From a virus (Duplodnaviria > Caudoviricetes), in IMG/VR virus record IMGVR_UViG_3300030059_002152, positions 1 through 26,009 of that record: a DNA stretch of 26,009 nucleotides; one strand, written 5' to 3'. The notes below the pieces were generated by a model. It made no database searches. It saw only the letters and a list, made by a program, of their open reading frames with translations, and had not been told where the DNA came from. Position 1 is the stretch's first letter; each line of letters opens with the position of its first letter. This document shows, one piece after another, positions 7,513-17,220 of the stretch. Both the position numbers and the translations under genes were made by a program.

Positions 7513-7798
7513 TAAGGACGATGTTAAATTACTTTCTGGTTTATATGAAAGGAATTATTTATGTGAAGATGAGACTTTGGTTTTAGCTGAAGGGTTTGAC
7601 GATGCTATAGTAGGGATAACTACTCAATTTCCTAAAAAAATAATATACAACTATTGGGAATGTATTAACATTTTATTAAAAATTGGAGATGAGGATAACC
7701 AATTAGACTTTGACGAATCATTAATCTATCTAGACGAATACATTAAAGAAATAAGTACTGTAAAAGATTTTGCGCCAATATTTATGAAAACTATATGA
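7499..7798 (+). CDS. Phage hypothetical protein
   Basis: LAEGFDDAIVG...IYNY..CI.IL...P.F motif resembles a common aquatic-phage family. Confidence 0.7.
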   Translation: MKLNNKDDVKLLSGLYERNYLCEDETLVLAEGFDDAIVGITTQFPKKIIYNYWECINILLKIGDEDNQLDFDESLIYLDEYIKEISTVKDFAPIFMKTI

Positions 7799-8367
7799 AA
7801 TGGATTACTAAAGTTTTTAGATACCACAAGGAGTGGGTTCATATTGTTGAAAGCTTAGGAGGTAAATCTTATAGTGAGGATATTGTAATGGAGTCCTATA
7901 TTAAATTAGAAAAATACAACTGTGAAAACAAAATAATTAATAAGGGTAAAGTTAGTAAGGGCTATATGTTCTTTGTTTTAAGATCTGTATTTGTTACCTA
8001 TATGAAAACTAATAAGGGAGTGTATAAAGAACAAATTGAAAGCTTTTTATTTGAGAGCTGTGATGTTAAAGAGATTGACATTAGACTTTTAGAGAAGTTT
8101 ACAGAAGATAATAGTTTGGATAGAGAGGAAGGTTATAACTCCCTTATAACTAAGATGGATAACGAAATGAATAATTGGCATTGGTACGACAAAAGGATTT
8201 TTGAAATATACAGAGATACTCCTCTCAGTATTAGAGGAATTGCTAAAGAAACTAATATAAGCTGGGTAAATATATTCCACACTTTAAAAAGAGGAAAAAA
8301 GATAATGAAGGATAAATTCTCAGAAGATTATGAAGACTATATAAATAAAGATTATGATTTAATTTAA
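7795..8367 (+). CDS. Phage ECF/sigma-70-like transcription factor #2
   Basis: HKEWVHIV...YSEDIVMESYIKL (region 2-like); HWYDKRIFEIY...SIRGIAKETNISWVNIFHTLK (region 4 HTH). Confidence 0.8.
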   Translation: MKWITKVFRYHKEWVHIVESLGGKSYSEDIVMESYIKLEKYNCENKIINKGKVSKGYMFFVLRSVFVTYMKTNKGVYKEQIESFLFESCDVKEIDIRLLEKFTEDNSLDREEGYNSLITKMDNEMNNWHWYDKRIFEIYRDTPLSIRGIAKETNISWVNIFHTLKRGKKIMKDKFSEDYEDYINKDYDLI

Positions 8368-8385
8368 TATTAACAACAATTATAT

Positions 8386-8418
8386 AAAGGGGGTATGTTA
8401 TACAACATTACCCTTTTT
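8386..8418 (+). terminator. Imperfect hairpin/terminator after sigma-like #2
   Basis: AAAGGGGGTATGTT-ATAC-AACATTACCCTTTTT. Confidence 0.55.
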
Positions 8419-8433
8419 GTGTTTTTAAATAAA
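8402..8433 (+). promoter_or_regulatory. Phage promoter class B (late), copy 1: ACAA-N15-GTTTTTAAATAAA
   Basis: Same boxes with an exact 15-nt spacer upstream of four structural operons. Confidence 0.7.
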
Positions 8434-8443
8434 GACATTTTAA

Positions 8444-9103
8444 ATGGAGGTAAAAATACCAGTCCCAAATACATTAAGAGATATTCCTTTACATAAGTAT
8501 CAATCTTTAATAACTAAAGAAAACCCTACAGATGAAGATTCTATAGTGTGCTTATTAGACATCCAAAGAGGTCATGTAAAACATATTAAACAAGCTGACT
8601 ATGAATTTTTGGTAGAAGCATCAAAAAAAATGTTTGATGTAGAAACTCCATTAATAAAAAACTTTACTTTAAATGGTATTACATACGGTTTCATTCCTAA
8701 TCTCGATGAGATCACATACGGAGAAAACAAGGACATTACTAAATACCTTTCAGAATGGGGTAATATGCATAAAGCAATGGCTGTATTATATAGACCTATA
8801 ACTAAAAAAATAGGTGAAAAGTATTTAATAGAACCTTATGAGGGATCTCATTTTTACTCTGACCAATTAAAAGAGATGCCACTAGATATAGCTTTAGGAG
8901 CTTCGGTTTTTTTTTATCGTTTAATAAGAGACTTGCTAAGTTGTATCCAGAGTTATTTGGAGAAGAACAAACAGGAGTTGGAGAAGAACAGGGACTCGCA
9001 AACCAACTACCAGACATCAGAGACGGATTTACAATCCGCTGGGGAGGCTATGCAGAGTTATATACTCTTGCTAAAGGAGATATTACAAAGTTTGAAGAGG
9101 TAA
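8444..9103 (+). CDS. Putative tail assembly chaperone (0-frame product)
   Basis: YGFIPNLDEITYGE..D...MHKAMAVLYRP...IEPY motif; first gene of the tail module; contains a T9 slippery run. Confidence 0.6.
   Translation: MEVKIPVPNTLRDIPLHKYQSLITKENPTDEDSIVCLLDIQRGHVKHIKQADYEFLVEASKKMFDVETPLIKNFTLNGITYGFIPNLDEITYGENKDITKYLSEWGNMHKAMAVLYRPITKKIGEKYLIEPYEGSHFYSDQLKEMPLDIALGASVFFYRLIRDLLSCIQSYLEKNKQELEKNRDSQTNYQTSETDLQSAGEAMQSYILLLKEILQSLKR
8907..8915 (+). other. Programmed -1 ribosomal frameshift site (GTT TTT TTT TAT)
   Basis: T-TTT-TTT heptamer is in phase with the 8444 frame; the -1 frame is open from 8863 to 9192. Confidence 0.7.
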
Positions 9104-9192
9104 CAAAGCTTAGGCTTCATTCCTGTTTAATGTACCTAGCTTTTGAAAAGGAAAAGGGGCAAATAGAAAGTTTAATTTTAAAAAGAAAATAA
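8911..9192 (+). CDS. -1 frame extension of the tail chaperone (fusion about 249 aa from 8444)
   Basis: FLSFNKRLAKLYPELFGEE...RWGGYAELYTLAKGDITKFEEVTKL...CLMYLAFEKEK. The only nearby start is a TTG without an A-rich leader; the stop is TAATG-coupled to the next gene. Confidence 0.65.
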   Translation, partial: FLSFNKRLAKLYPELFGEEQTGVGEEQGLANQLPDIRDGFTIRWGGYAELYTLAKGDITKFEEVTKLRLHSCLMYLAFEKEKGQIESLILKRK

Positions 9193-9665
9193 TGCTACAA
9201 GGATTTTATAATCTAACTGAAAAAATACAAGAAACTCTAGAACTAGATGTAAATGTAAAAACCGTTAGCTACGGTGATTTGTTTTCAGTTGATTTAGATA
9301 AACAAACTATATTCCCATTGAGTCATTTTATGGTTTCTTCTGCTACTTTAAATGGCAGGGTTTGGAGCTTTTCCATTAATTTATTATGCATGGATATAGT
9401 AAACGAAAGTAAAGATTTTGCAACTGGTAACCCTGGCAAATTTAGAGGGAACAATAATGAACAGGATGTATTTAATACTCAACTAGCAGTAGTTAATAGA
9501 CTTTTAGAGTTGTTAAGAAGAGGAGACTTATATAGTGATCTATATCAAATAGCGGAAGGATCAAGTCCATTTTTAGAGCCTTTCGTAGATAGATTTGAAA
9601 ACAAACTCTGTGGCTGGACTTGCAGCTTTGATGTTGAAATCCCTAACGATATGACTATATGTTAA
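9192..9665 (+). CDS. Tail terminator/completion-like protein
   Basis: 157 aa; KQTIFPLSH...EPFVDRFEN.L.GW; size and position in the tail module. Confidence 0.5.
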   Translation: MLQGFYNLTEKIQETLELDVNVKTVSYGDLFSVDLDKQTIFPLSHFMVSSATLNGRVWSFSINLLCMDIVNESKDFATGNPGKFRGNNNEQDVFNTQLAVVNRLLELLRRGDLYSDLYQIAEGSSPFLEPFVDRFENKLCGWTCSFDVEIPNDMTIC

Positions 9666-10255
9666 GCAAAGACTATATCCAATTTAGAAAAGCTTTACAG
9701 TCTTTAGGTAGAAAAATTACTACACAAGCTAAAAAGAATTTAAAAAAGAGAAGAGGAAAAAAGAAGTCTGTAAATGCTACGGGACAATTATCTAGAAGTA
9801 TTAAATACAGAACATATGTAGGTGATAAAGGTATTGATCTAAATGTTTTAATGGATAAATACGGATCATTTATTGACTTAGGAGTTAAAGGCGCATCTCC
9901 TGAAGAAATGTACAAAAACAATGACCAGAGAGAAGGGAAACAACAAGCTCCCTTTAGTCCTTTTAGTTATAAGGACAAAAGACCTCCCATGAAGGATTTA
10001 AAACAATGGGCAAAGAAACGAAACATAAGACTACGAGATAAAGACGGAAAATATAAAAAAGGAAATTATACAACCATAGCCTTTATTTTACAAAACAGTA
10101 TTTATCACCAGGGAATAGCTCCTACTTTATTTTTTACAAGAGCTTTTAGATATGCTTATAAAGGATTCGGCAAATTAATTGGTGAAGCTATTGGCAAAGA
10201 TATTGGGGCATTTATAAAAAAAGAAAATAAAAATAAAAAAAACATTAAAATATAA
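9659..10255 (+). CDS. Neck/tail completion (virion morphogenesis) protein
   Basis: Basic; ATGQLSRSI...YGSFIDLGVKG...GIAPTLFFTRAF, similar to HK97 gp10-like proteins. Confidence 0.55.
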   Translation: MLSKDYIQFRKALQSLGRKITTQAKKNLKKRRGKKKSVNATGQLSRSIKYRTYVGDKGIDLNVLMDKYGSFIDLGVKGASPEEMYKNNDQREGKQQAPFSPFSYKDKRPPMKDLKQWAKKRNIRLRDKDGKYKKGNYTTIAFILQNSIYHQGIAPTLFFTRAFRYAYKGFGKLIGEAIGKDIGAFIKKENKNKKNIKI

Positions 10256-11304
10256 TGGCAAAAATTAACGTACGTAGCCCATACTTTATAAACCTATCAA
10301 ATACTAATCTAACTTCTGCAAAACTTGAAATAGAGATCTATTTAGGGGAAGCAAATACAGACTGGCAGGACTCACCGCAATATACTTTAGTTTCTACAGC
10401 TATAAACGAAAAGATAAATTTTGAAATAGCTGAATTAATTGCAGATTATATAACCGCTTTATTTAATGGAACATTTCCAACTCCTGCGGTATCTAGTAGC
10501 GAAGCTACAACAGTTAACGTTGATTATAAAATTACAGAAACAATAGGAACTGTTTCACAAACTCCAGTTGAAACTTTAGGGGATAGAGCATTTTATGCTT
10601 ATGGATATTTTGAAGAGGGGGCTAACCCAGCATTAGATAATTATGTTTTACAATCGAATCTTAGAATACTTAAAAACACTAATGAAACAGTAACAATTCC
10701 TGTTGATAATACACTTGCTACATTTCTAGATTGGAAATATCAAGGAGCAACAGTTTCAACAGTAGCTATTACAACACAAGCAGATATAGAAGATCAAATT
10801 ACTTATGTTACCAATACAGGTAATTTTGATGTTGATCAAGCTGTTATAGCTGATGGAGCTACTTCTACGACTATAGATATAACCTCCTATGATAAATGTA
10901 AATATTCTCCTTACAAATTAACTTTTATTAATAAGTTCGGAGCATACCAAGAGATCTGGATGTTTGGCAATTCTAAATTAAAAATGAGTACCACACAAGA
11001 TAATTATAAATCAAATATTTTAACAAATGGAACGTATGAAATAAACGATCCACAAATTAAAACACTTACAAAAAACGCAAAGCAAAGATTAACTCTTAAT
11101 AGTGATTTCTATCCAGAGAGATATAACCAAATATTTAAGCAATTGTTTTTAAGTGAAAGTGTTTGGATTTATTACGGTGGTCAAACATTAGGGGTTAACA
11201 TAGATAGTAAAAGCTTTAATTATAAAACAAGTCTTACAGAGGGATTAATAAATTACTCTATTAATGTAAGTTTTGCTTTTGACACAATTAATAACATAAG
11301 ATAA
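10255..11304 (+). CDS. Virion structural protein (tail component)
   Basis: 349 aa, beta-rich; INVRSPYFI...FINKFGA...LSESVW; translationally coupled within the tail operon. Confidence 0.55.
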   Translation: MAKINVRSPYFINLSNTNLTSAKLEIEIYLGEANTDWQDSPQYTLVSTAINEKINFEIAELIADYITALFNGTFPTPAVSSSEATTVNVDYKITETIGTVSQTPVETLGDRAFYAYGYFEEGANPALDNYVLQSNLRILKNTNETVTIPVDNTLATFLDWKYQGATVSTVAITTQADIEDQITYVTNTGNFDVDQAVIADGATSTTIDITSYDKCKYSPYKLTFINKFGAYQEIWMFGNSKLKMSTTQDNYKSNILTNGTYEINDPQIKTLTKNAKQRLTLNSDFYPERYNQIFKQLFLSESVWIYYGGQTLGVNIDSKSFNYKTSLTEGLINYSINVSFAFDTINNIR

Positions 11305-13475
11305 TGAACACTGTTGAACTTTATATAGAGGGAGTAAGAGTAGATCTGTTTAAAGACGAATCAATAACATTGACGGATTCTATTCAAAACATTAATGATA
11401 TTAGTAAAGTCTACAGTCCATTTACTCAAAGGTTTAGTTTACCAGCTTCTCCTACTAATTCAAAATTATTTAAGCACTATTATAATAATGATATAATCAA
11501 TGGATTTGATGCAAGGTTTAGAGTAGACTCTTTAATTAAAATGAATGGGAGTGATTTTAGAAGTGGGCAGATAGTGCTTAACTCTATAGATTTAAGAGAT
11601 AATAAGGCATACACTTATAAAATTGTTTTTTATAGTGATACCGTTTTAATAAAAGAATTGTTCGGGGAAGATAATTTAGATGCTTTAGAGCCATTATCAG
11701 TTTATGATTTTAGCAGAAGCGGAACTAATATGGAGGATGCGTTTAGATATGGATTAAAATTCAATAATGTAGTTGCTACCTCACTATCCGATAGAAATAT
11801 TACTTTGCCTTTAGTTAGTTTAAATAAATATTATGGATATGATCCAACCGATTCTATAACGTATGGAAATTTATATTCAGATAGTTGGTTTACACCTAAC
11901 ACCCCAGGTGCTGAATTAGGTCTTCAAGATCAATTAAAACCAGCGATAAAATCTAGATTAATTATTGAAGCTATTCAAGATCATTATGATGTTGAGTTTA
12001 ATATGACCGATGAAGTCATAAATGGTAAAACAATTAAATCCTTTTTTGGCAGTCGTGTTTTTGATGAATTATATTTGTGGCTTCACAGAGAAGCAACTTC
12101 ATCAACTTTGCCAGAGGAAGATCCACCTGTTTGGGGAGTTAACTTTGATTTTTATGGGGCTAAATGGAATTTAGGAAATACCTATTATAATTATTTAAGC
12201 GGCAGCTTACCAAGCACCTTTTTAGATTCGGCTGGAAAATTTACTGTTAATCAGGGAGAGGTTGCAGCCATAAGAGTTATTTTAAAAAATACAATTTCAG
12301 ACTTTTTATTTAACGTTACTGTTGTAGATAAAATATCTGGAGAAATTATTTGGACTCAAACAAATGTTTCAAATCTTGCAGCCGTTAATAATACTTTAAC
12401 TATTAGAGATATAACTTCAGGTACTTTGGAAAGCAGGGTATATGATTTGGAAATTAGAACTCAAACTCCTACGCAAACTTCTTGGGAAAGTATAACTGCA
12501 ACAGCTTTAAGTATTACGTTAACTGATACTGATGGAATTACATCTATAGGGAATTGGCAATCGGACTTTGGAGGAACTAGTTTTCCAGTAACTAATTTTC
12601 CTGATATTTGGATTCAAAATTATGTTCCTAAAATGAGGGTGCTAGATTATCTTACTACTCTTTTAAAAATGTTTAATCTAACAGCCTACTCAATAAGAGG
12701 ATCTAAAAAAATATATATTCAAACATTAGACGACTACATGACTATTGGAAATGAATATAATATTTCTAAATATATAGATGTAAATAAAAATACAGTTGAT
12801 AGAAATATTCCATTTTCAAATATAAATTTTGAATATGCTCCAGCAATAACTCAACCTAGTTTAAGATTTATAAACGCTAACGGGTTGCAGATGGGAAATT
12901 TAAAATATTCAGCTCCTGAAAAGTACGATGGTAAAACATTTACTCTGCAAGTTCCTAGCCAAAGAGAATCTTTAATAAATATAAAGGAATATAATACGAT
13001 AATAATAACTGGAATAGTTTACGGCTGGTGGGTTAATCAAGATATACCCGCTAAAACAGTCTTAGGCAAGCCTTACTTCTTTTTTAATAGAAGAGTAGAC
13101 ACTACTACCAAACCAATATTATCTCAGCAATGGACTCATTATAATGCTCCTTCAAATGTGAGTGAAACAGGATCACATACTTTAAATTTTGGTATTGAAA
13201 TTGATGAATACACAGATGAAACCAATGAAAACTCTTTATTTTCTAGATTTTATTCTCAATATATCATACAATCATTTGAGGAACAGTCAAGAATAGTAAA
13301 GTTTACAGCAATGTTGCCGATGAATATATTACTGAATTACCAATTAAACGATACGTTAATTATAAATGGTCAAGCTTATTATATAAACAGCATTAAAACA
13401 AACCTAACAACGCAAAAAAGCGAATTAGAATTACTAACTAAACAGACCAATTACACGGCATCTGTATTAACATAA
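11304..13475 (+). CDS. Minor tail/tail-tip structural protein
   Basis: 723 aa; LYIEG.RVDLFKDESI...FSLPAS..N..LFKHYYN N-terminus; YYINSIKTNL..QKSELEL C-terminus. Confidence 0.6.
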   Translation: MNTVELYIEGVRVDLFKDESITLTDSIQNINDISKVYSPFTQRFSLPASPTNSKLFKHYYNNDIINGFDARFRVDSLIKMNGSDFRSGQIVLNSIDLRDNKAYTYKIVFYSDTVLIKELFGEDNLDALEPLSVYDFSRSGTNMEDAFRYGLKFNNVVATSLSDRNITLPLVSLNKYYGYDPTDSITYGNLYSDSWFTPNTPGAELGLQDQLKPAIKSRLIIEAIQDHYDVEFNMTDEVINGKTIKSFFGSRVFDELYLWLHREATSSTLPEEDPPVWGVNFDFYGAKWNLGNTYYNYLSGSLPSTFLDSAGKFTVNQGEVAAIRVILKNTISDFLFNVTVVDKISGEIIWTQTNVSNLAAVNNTLTIRDITSGTLESRVYDLEIRTQTPTQTSWESITATALSITLTDTDGITSIGNWQSDFGGTSFPVTNFPDIWIQNYVPKMRVLDYLTTLLKMFNLTAYSIRGSKKIYIQTLDDYMTIGNEYNISKYIDVNKNTVDRNIPFSNINFEYAPAITQPSLRFINANGLQMGNLKYSAPEKYDGKTFTLQVPSQRESLINIKEYNTIIITGIVYGWWVNQDIPAKTVLGKPYFFFNRRVDTTTKPILSQQWTHYNAPSNVSETGSHTLNFGIEIDEYTDETNENSLFSRFYSQYIIQSFEEQSRIVKFTAMLPMNILLNYQLNDTLIINGQAYYINSIKTNLTTQKSELELLTKQTNYTASVLT

Positions 13476-13481
13476 AATTAA

Positions 13482-13637
13482 ATGGAGATATTTAAATTAT
13501 TACGTGCTTATAATTACTATGGAGAAACAGAAACCATTGAAATTGCTAAAGGAAAATATAAAATCCCTGAGACTTGGAGATTTGGCTTTACTCAATTGAA
13601 AAGATATTTTAAATACATTACTAGAATTAAAAACTAA
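13482..13637 (+). CDS. Small hypothetical protein, 51 aa, not in ORF track
   Basis: MEIFKLLRAYNYYGETETIEIAKGKYKIPETWRFGFTQLKRYFKYITRIKN*; stop is TAATG-coupled to the tape measure start. Confidence 0.65.
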   Translation: MEIFKLLRAYNYYGETETIEIAKGKYKIPETWRFGFTQLKRYFKYITRIKN

Positions 13638-16213
13638 TGGCTGTACAAAAACAAGAAATAGTAGTAAATGTAACTACTAACACAAAATCCGCCCAAGCTA
13701 ATACTAAAAAGCTAAACAAAGATTTAAAAAAAACTGGAGTAGCAGGAACAGCCGCAGCAACTAGTTTAAGCACTTCCTTTGGTATATTTGGAGGTACTGT
13801 TATACCTAGCTTAATAGGTGGCTTACAAGTCTTAAAAACACAGTTAATTTCAACAGGAGTTGGAGCTGTAGTGGTAGCTATTGGGGCATTAGCTACGCTT
13901 TTTATTGCCGCAGCTAAAGCATCAATAGTTTTTGAAAAATCTACATCTAATTTAAAAGCAGTCTTAGCTGGAACAGCAGAGTCCGCCCAAGTGCTTGATG
14001 ATGATATGGAGGCTTTAACTAAACAAGCCAAAACATTAGGGTCTACTACTTCCTTCACCGCTTCACAAGTTTTAGAACTGCAAACTAATTTATCAAAACT
14101 TGGTTTTACTACTACAGAAATACTAAATACAACTGGAGCTACATTAGATTTAGCTGCTGCCTTAGAAATTGATTTAGGAACAGCCGCAAAATTTGCTGGG
14201 GGTACAATTAGAGCCTTTGGATTAGACACTCAAGATGCTCAACGAATTGTTGATTCAATGGCATTATCTACTAACTTATCAGGTTTAAATTTTAATACTT
14301 TAAGTGAGGCACTTTCAAAAGTTGGTCCAGTAGCAAATGCTGTAGGAGCTAGCATTGAAGAAACTACAGCAATTCTAGCAGTTTTAGCAGATAATACAAT
14401 TGATGGAAGTTTGGCAGGTACTGCTTTAAAAAATGTTTTTATTGAATTAAACAAAAGAAACCTGACTTTAATGGAGGGAATGGATATGGTTTCAAATTCT
14501 GCGGATGGACTTAATACTGCAATGGAATTAACTGGCAAACAAGGTGGACCAGCATTATTAGCCTTAGCAAAAGCTGGACCTGAAGCTTTAACGAATATGA
14601 CAAAAGCATTAGAAAACGCTGAAGGTGCTGCTGGAAGACTTGCAGAAATGAAACTTGATAATGTTGGTGGAGATGTATTAAAATTAAGTAGTGCATGGGA
14701 AGGCTTTTTATTACAGTTAGAGGATGGAGATGGAATTTTGAATTTTATCATGAGAGATGTATTACAAAATATGACAAGATCTATTTCAGATATAACTCTT
14801 GCATTACAAATAGTAAGCTTTGCCTTTAATGAATGGGTTAAGAATATGTCAGGAAAAGGAGCTGCTGCCTTAGCTTTTGGAAGAGGTATTTTTCTAGGGT
14901 TAGAGGGGATAATAACTAAATTTGCAGCTAATTCTTTAATCCAGATGGAGAAAGTCCCAATATTAGGCAAATCTATAGATCTTGAAGCGGTAAAGGAAAA
15001 TTTAAAAAAGGCTCAGGATATGCTATTAGATGCAAATAAGCAGTTTAGAATTGGAGTAGAAATTGAAAATCAAAGTATGTCAAGATTATTCAATGTATTT
15101 GAAAATTTTAAACTAGAACAAGCTGGAAAAGCTAGGAAAAGAGAAGCAGCAGCTAAAGCTAAAGCTGATGCGGCACTATTAGGGGAGATAAAAATACAAA
15201 CTGCTGAGGAGTTAGCCGCCGAAAAGAAAAGATTAGAAGCAGTTCAAAAGTTGCGTAATAAATTCAATAAAAGATCTGAAGATCAATTAGATCTGGATGC
15301 CGAAGATAAACTTAAGAGGAAAAGGGAAAGAGATATAGCTGATATTAATGCATCTGTAGCTACAATTAAAGAAAAGAAGGAATTAATAAAGACTGTAAAT
15401 GATTTTTATGATCAAGAAGAGGTTCTAGCTGATGAAAAAAAAGCAGAAAAGTTATCCGATAAAATGGCAAAATTTGAGGAAGACGAAATTTTAAAATTAG
15501 AGGCAAAAAGAGAGAAGGAGTTACAAGAGTTAATAGATTTAGATGCACACGAAGACCAACTAGCTCAAATAAAATTATTTTACGCTAATAAAATTGAGGA
15601 TGTTAGACAAAAAAAGATAGATAAAGAAGATAAAGAGGAGAAAGATTTAGTTAAAACTAAAAAGAAATTACTTAATGACACTTTAAACGCTACTATTAAT
15701 GCAGCGGGAAGAGAATCCAAAATCGGCAGAGCTTTATTTATTGCTAAACAAGCTATAGCATTAAAAGAATTAGTAATGAAAGCTAAAAATGTTATAATAT
15801 CCGCTCAACTGAATGCCGCAGAGGCTGGAGGGGAAGTAGCAAAAGGATCAGCTAAAGCAGCAAGTAGTTTAGCACCACCATGGAATTTAGTTCCAATAGC
15901 TATGTTTGCAGCTCAAGCTATTTCTATAGTGAAAAGCATAAACCAAAGTAAAAGAAAATCTCAAAGTGCTGCGGGTAGCTTCGGGGGAGGGTCTGCTGGT
16001 GGAGATATTTCAGTTCCTACAACAGCCGCTATTAGTGACACATTGCCAGAGCCAGAATCTCCTAATTTTGATATTTTCGGAACTTCAGGAACTAACCAAA
16101 TAGCGAGTGCGTTAGGGAATCAAGCACCGATTCAAGCTTTTGTAGTTTCACAAGACGTAACTAGCGCACAGAGTTTGCAAAATAACATAATACAAGGATC
16201 AACATTAGGATAA
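13637..16213 (+). CDS. Tail tape measure protein (TP901-family core)
   Basis: 858 aa, Ala/Gly-rich and helical; LGSTTSFTASQV...LSKLGF...LDLAAA...GSLAGTALKN...LDNVGGDVLKLSSAWEG. Confidence 0.92.
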   Translation: MAVQKQEIVVNVTTNTKSAQANTKKLNKDLKKTGVAGTAAATSLSTSFGIFGGTVIPSLIGGLQVLKTQLISTGVGAVVVAIGALATLFIAAAKASIVFEKSTSNLKAVLAGTAESAQVLDDDMEALTKQAKTLGSTTSFTASQVLELQTNLSKLGFTTTEILNTTGATLDLAAALEIDLGTAAKFAGGTIRAFGLDTQDAQRIVDSMALSTNLSGLNFNTLSEALSKVGPVANAVGASIEETTAILAVLADNTIDGSLAGTALKNVFIELNKRNLTLMEGMDMVSNSADGLNTAMELTGKQGGPALLALAKAGPEALTNMTKALENAEGAAGRLAEMKLDNVGGDVLKLSSAWEGFLLQLEDGDGILNFIMRDVLQNMTRSISDITLALQIVSFAFNEWVKNMSGKGAAALAFGRGIFLGLEGIITKFAANSLIQMEKVPILGKSIDLEAVKENLKKAQDMLLDANKQFRIGVEIENQSMSRLFNVFENFKLEQAGKARKREAAAKAKADAALLGEIKIQTAEELAAEKKRLEAVQKLRNKFNKRSEDQLDLDAEDKLKRKRERDIADINASVATIKEKKELIKTVNDFYDQEEVLADEKKAEKLSDKMAKFEEDEILKLEAKREKELQELIDLDAHEDQLAQIKLFYANKIEDVRQKKIDKEDKEEKDLVKTKKKLLNDTLNATINAAGRESKIGRALFIAKQAIALKELVMKAKNVIISAQLNAAEAGGEVAKGSAKAASSLAPPWNLVPIAMFAAQAISIVKSINQSKRKSQSAAGSFGGGSAGGDISVPTTAAISDTLPEPESPNFDIFGTSGTNQIASALGNQAPIQAFVVSQDVTSAQSLQNNIIQGSTLG

Positions 16214-16215
16214 TA

Positions 16216-16247
16216 ACAATATATGCTAAAAAGGGTTTTTAATAAAA
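16216..16247 (+). promoter_or_regulatory. Phage promoter class B, copy 2
   Basis: ACAA-TATATGCTAAAAAGG-GTTTTTAATAAAA. Confidence 0.65.
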
Positions 16248-16256
16248 ACAATACCA

Positions 16257-16862
16257 ATGGAAATAATTGAATTAATTATAGAAGAAAATGAGGAGTTATC
16301 AGCAATAGAAGCTATTAGTTTAGTTGAATCTCCAGCTATAGAAGAGAATTTTATAGCTCTTAAAAATCAGAATCAAATAAGACTTGCCGAAGTCTCAAAA
16401 TCTAAAAGATTATTAATTGGTGCTGCTCTTATTCCAGATAAGCCAATTTATAGAAAATCGGAAGATCATGAATTCTATATTTATTTTTCTAAAGAAACTG
16501 TAGCTAAAGCTTCTCAGATGTATTTAAAATCTGGTAATCAAGGACAGGCTACAATGGAACACTCTGAAGAAAAACTTGAAGGTATAACTGTTGTTGAGTC
16601 TTGGATAATTGAAGACGAGGTTCATGATAAAAGCAGAGCATACGGTCTGGATTTAAAAGTTGGAACTTGGATGGTGACTATCAAGGTAGATAATAATGAT
16701 ATCTGGGAAAATTATGTCCAAACAAAAAAAATTCTCGGTTTCAGTATTGAGGGATATTTTATTGATAGAGTAAACAACAAACCCAAAGACAAACAAACGG
16801 ATAAATTAAGTGAAGATGAAATATTATTAAATTCTGTAATAGATGTTATACAAGAAAATTAA
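16257..16862 (+). CDS. Prohead protease (XkdF-like phage serine protease)
   Basis: AISLVESPAIEENF...GAALIPDKPIYR...EH...VESWI...GTWMV...GFSIEG. Confidence 0.8.
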   Translation: MEIIELIIEENEELSAIEAISLVESPAIEENFIALKNQNQIRLAEVSKSKRLLIGAALIPDKPIYRKSEDHEFYIYFSKETVAKASQMYLKSGNQGQATMEHSEEKLEGITVVESWIIEDEVHDKSRAYGLDLKVGTWMVTIKVDNNDIWENYVQTKKILGFSIEGYFIDRVNNKPKDKQTDKLSEDEILLNSVIDVIQEN

Positions 16863-17220
16863 AGACACTAGTCGAACTAGTCCATCAAATAACAGCCGAG
16901 CTTGCTTATGCGCTGACGGAAATACTTATTCTAAAAATTGCTGTAATGGTAAAATGATTAATGAAGGAATTGGAAACATTACAGGGCATAGCACTATTGG
17001 AGATGAAAATTATTATAGAGTTTTAAAATGTGATTCTGGAATTCAAAAAGACATTCATGTTCATAACTCTTCTTTGACCATTAGTAGCGCATATTATTTA
17101 GAGTTTGAAAACCCTGACTATAATGGCTGTTATGAAGTGATAGGAGACCCAGCTTATTCAGGAGTTCATGTAGAAAACTTCACGCTTTATTCTAATTGTG
17201 CTAATTGTTTGGCTGTATAA
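16843..17220 (+). CDS. Cys-rich hypothetical protein
   Basis: SRTSP....RACLCADGNTYSKNCCNG....EGIG motif; C-terminal CANC. Confidence 0.7.
   Translation: MLYKKIKDTSRTSPSNNSRACLCADGNTYSKNCCNGKMINEGIGNITGHSTIGDENYYRVLKCDSGIQKDIHVHNSSLTISSAYYLEFENPDYNGCYEVIGDPAYSGVHVENFTLYSNCANCLAV

Noticed and set aside
8941-9192. Independent 83-aa gene starting at TTG 8941
   Set aside because: Weak start without an A-rich leader; better explained as the -1 frameshift extension.
13627-15548. Long minus-strand ORFs (200, 243, 61, 60 aa)
   Set aside because: Shadows of the Ala/Gly-rich tape measure gene, whose codon usage suppresses antisense stops.
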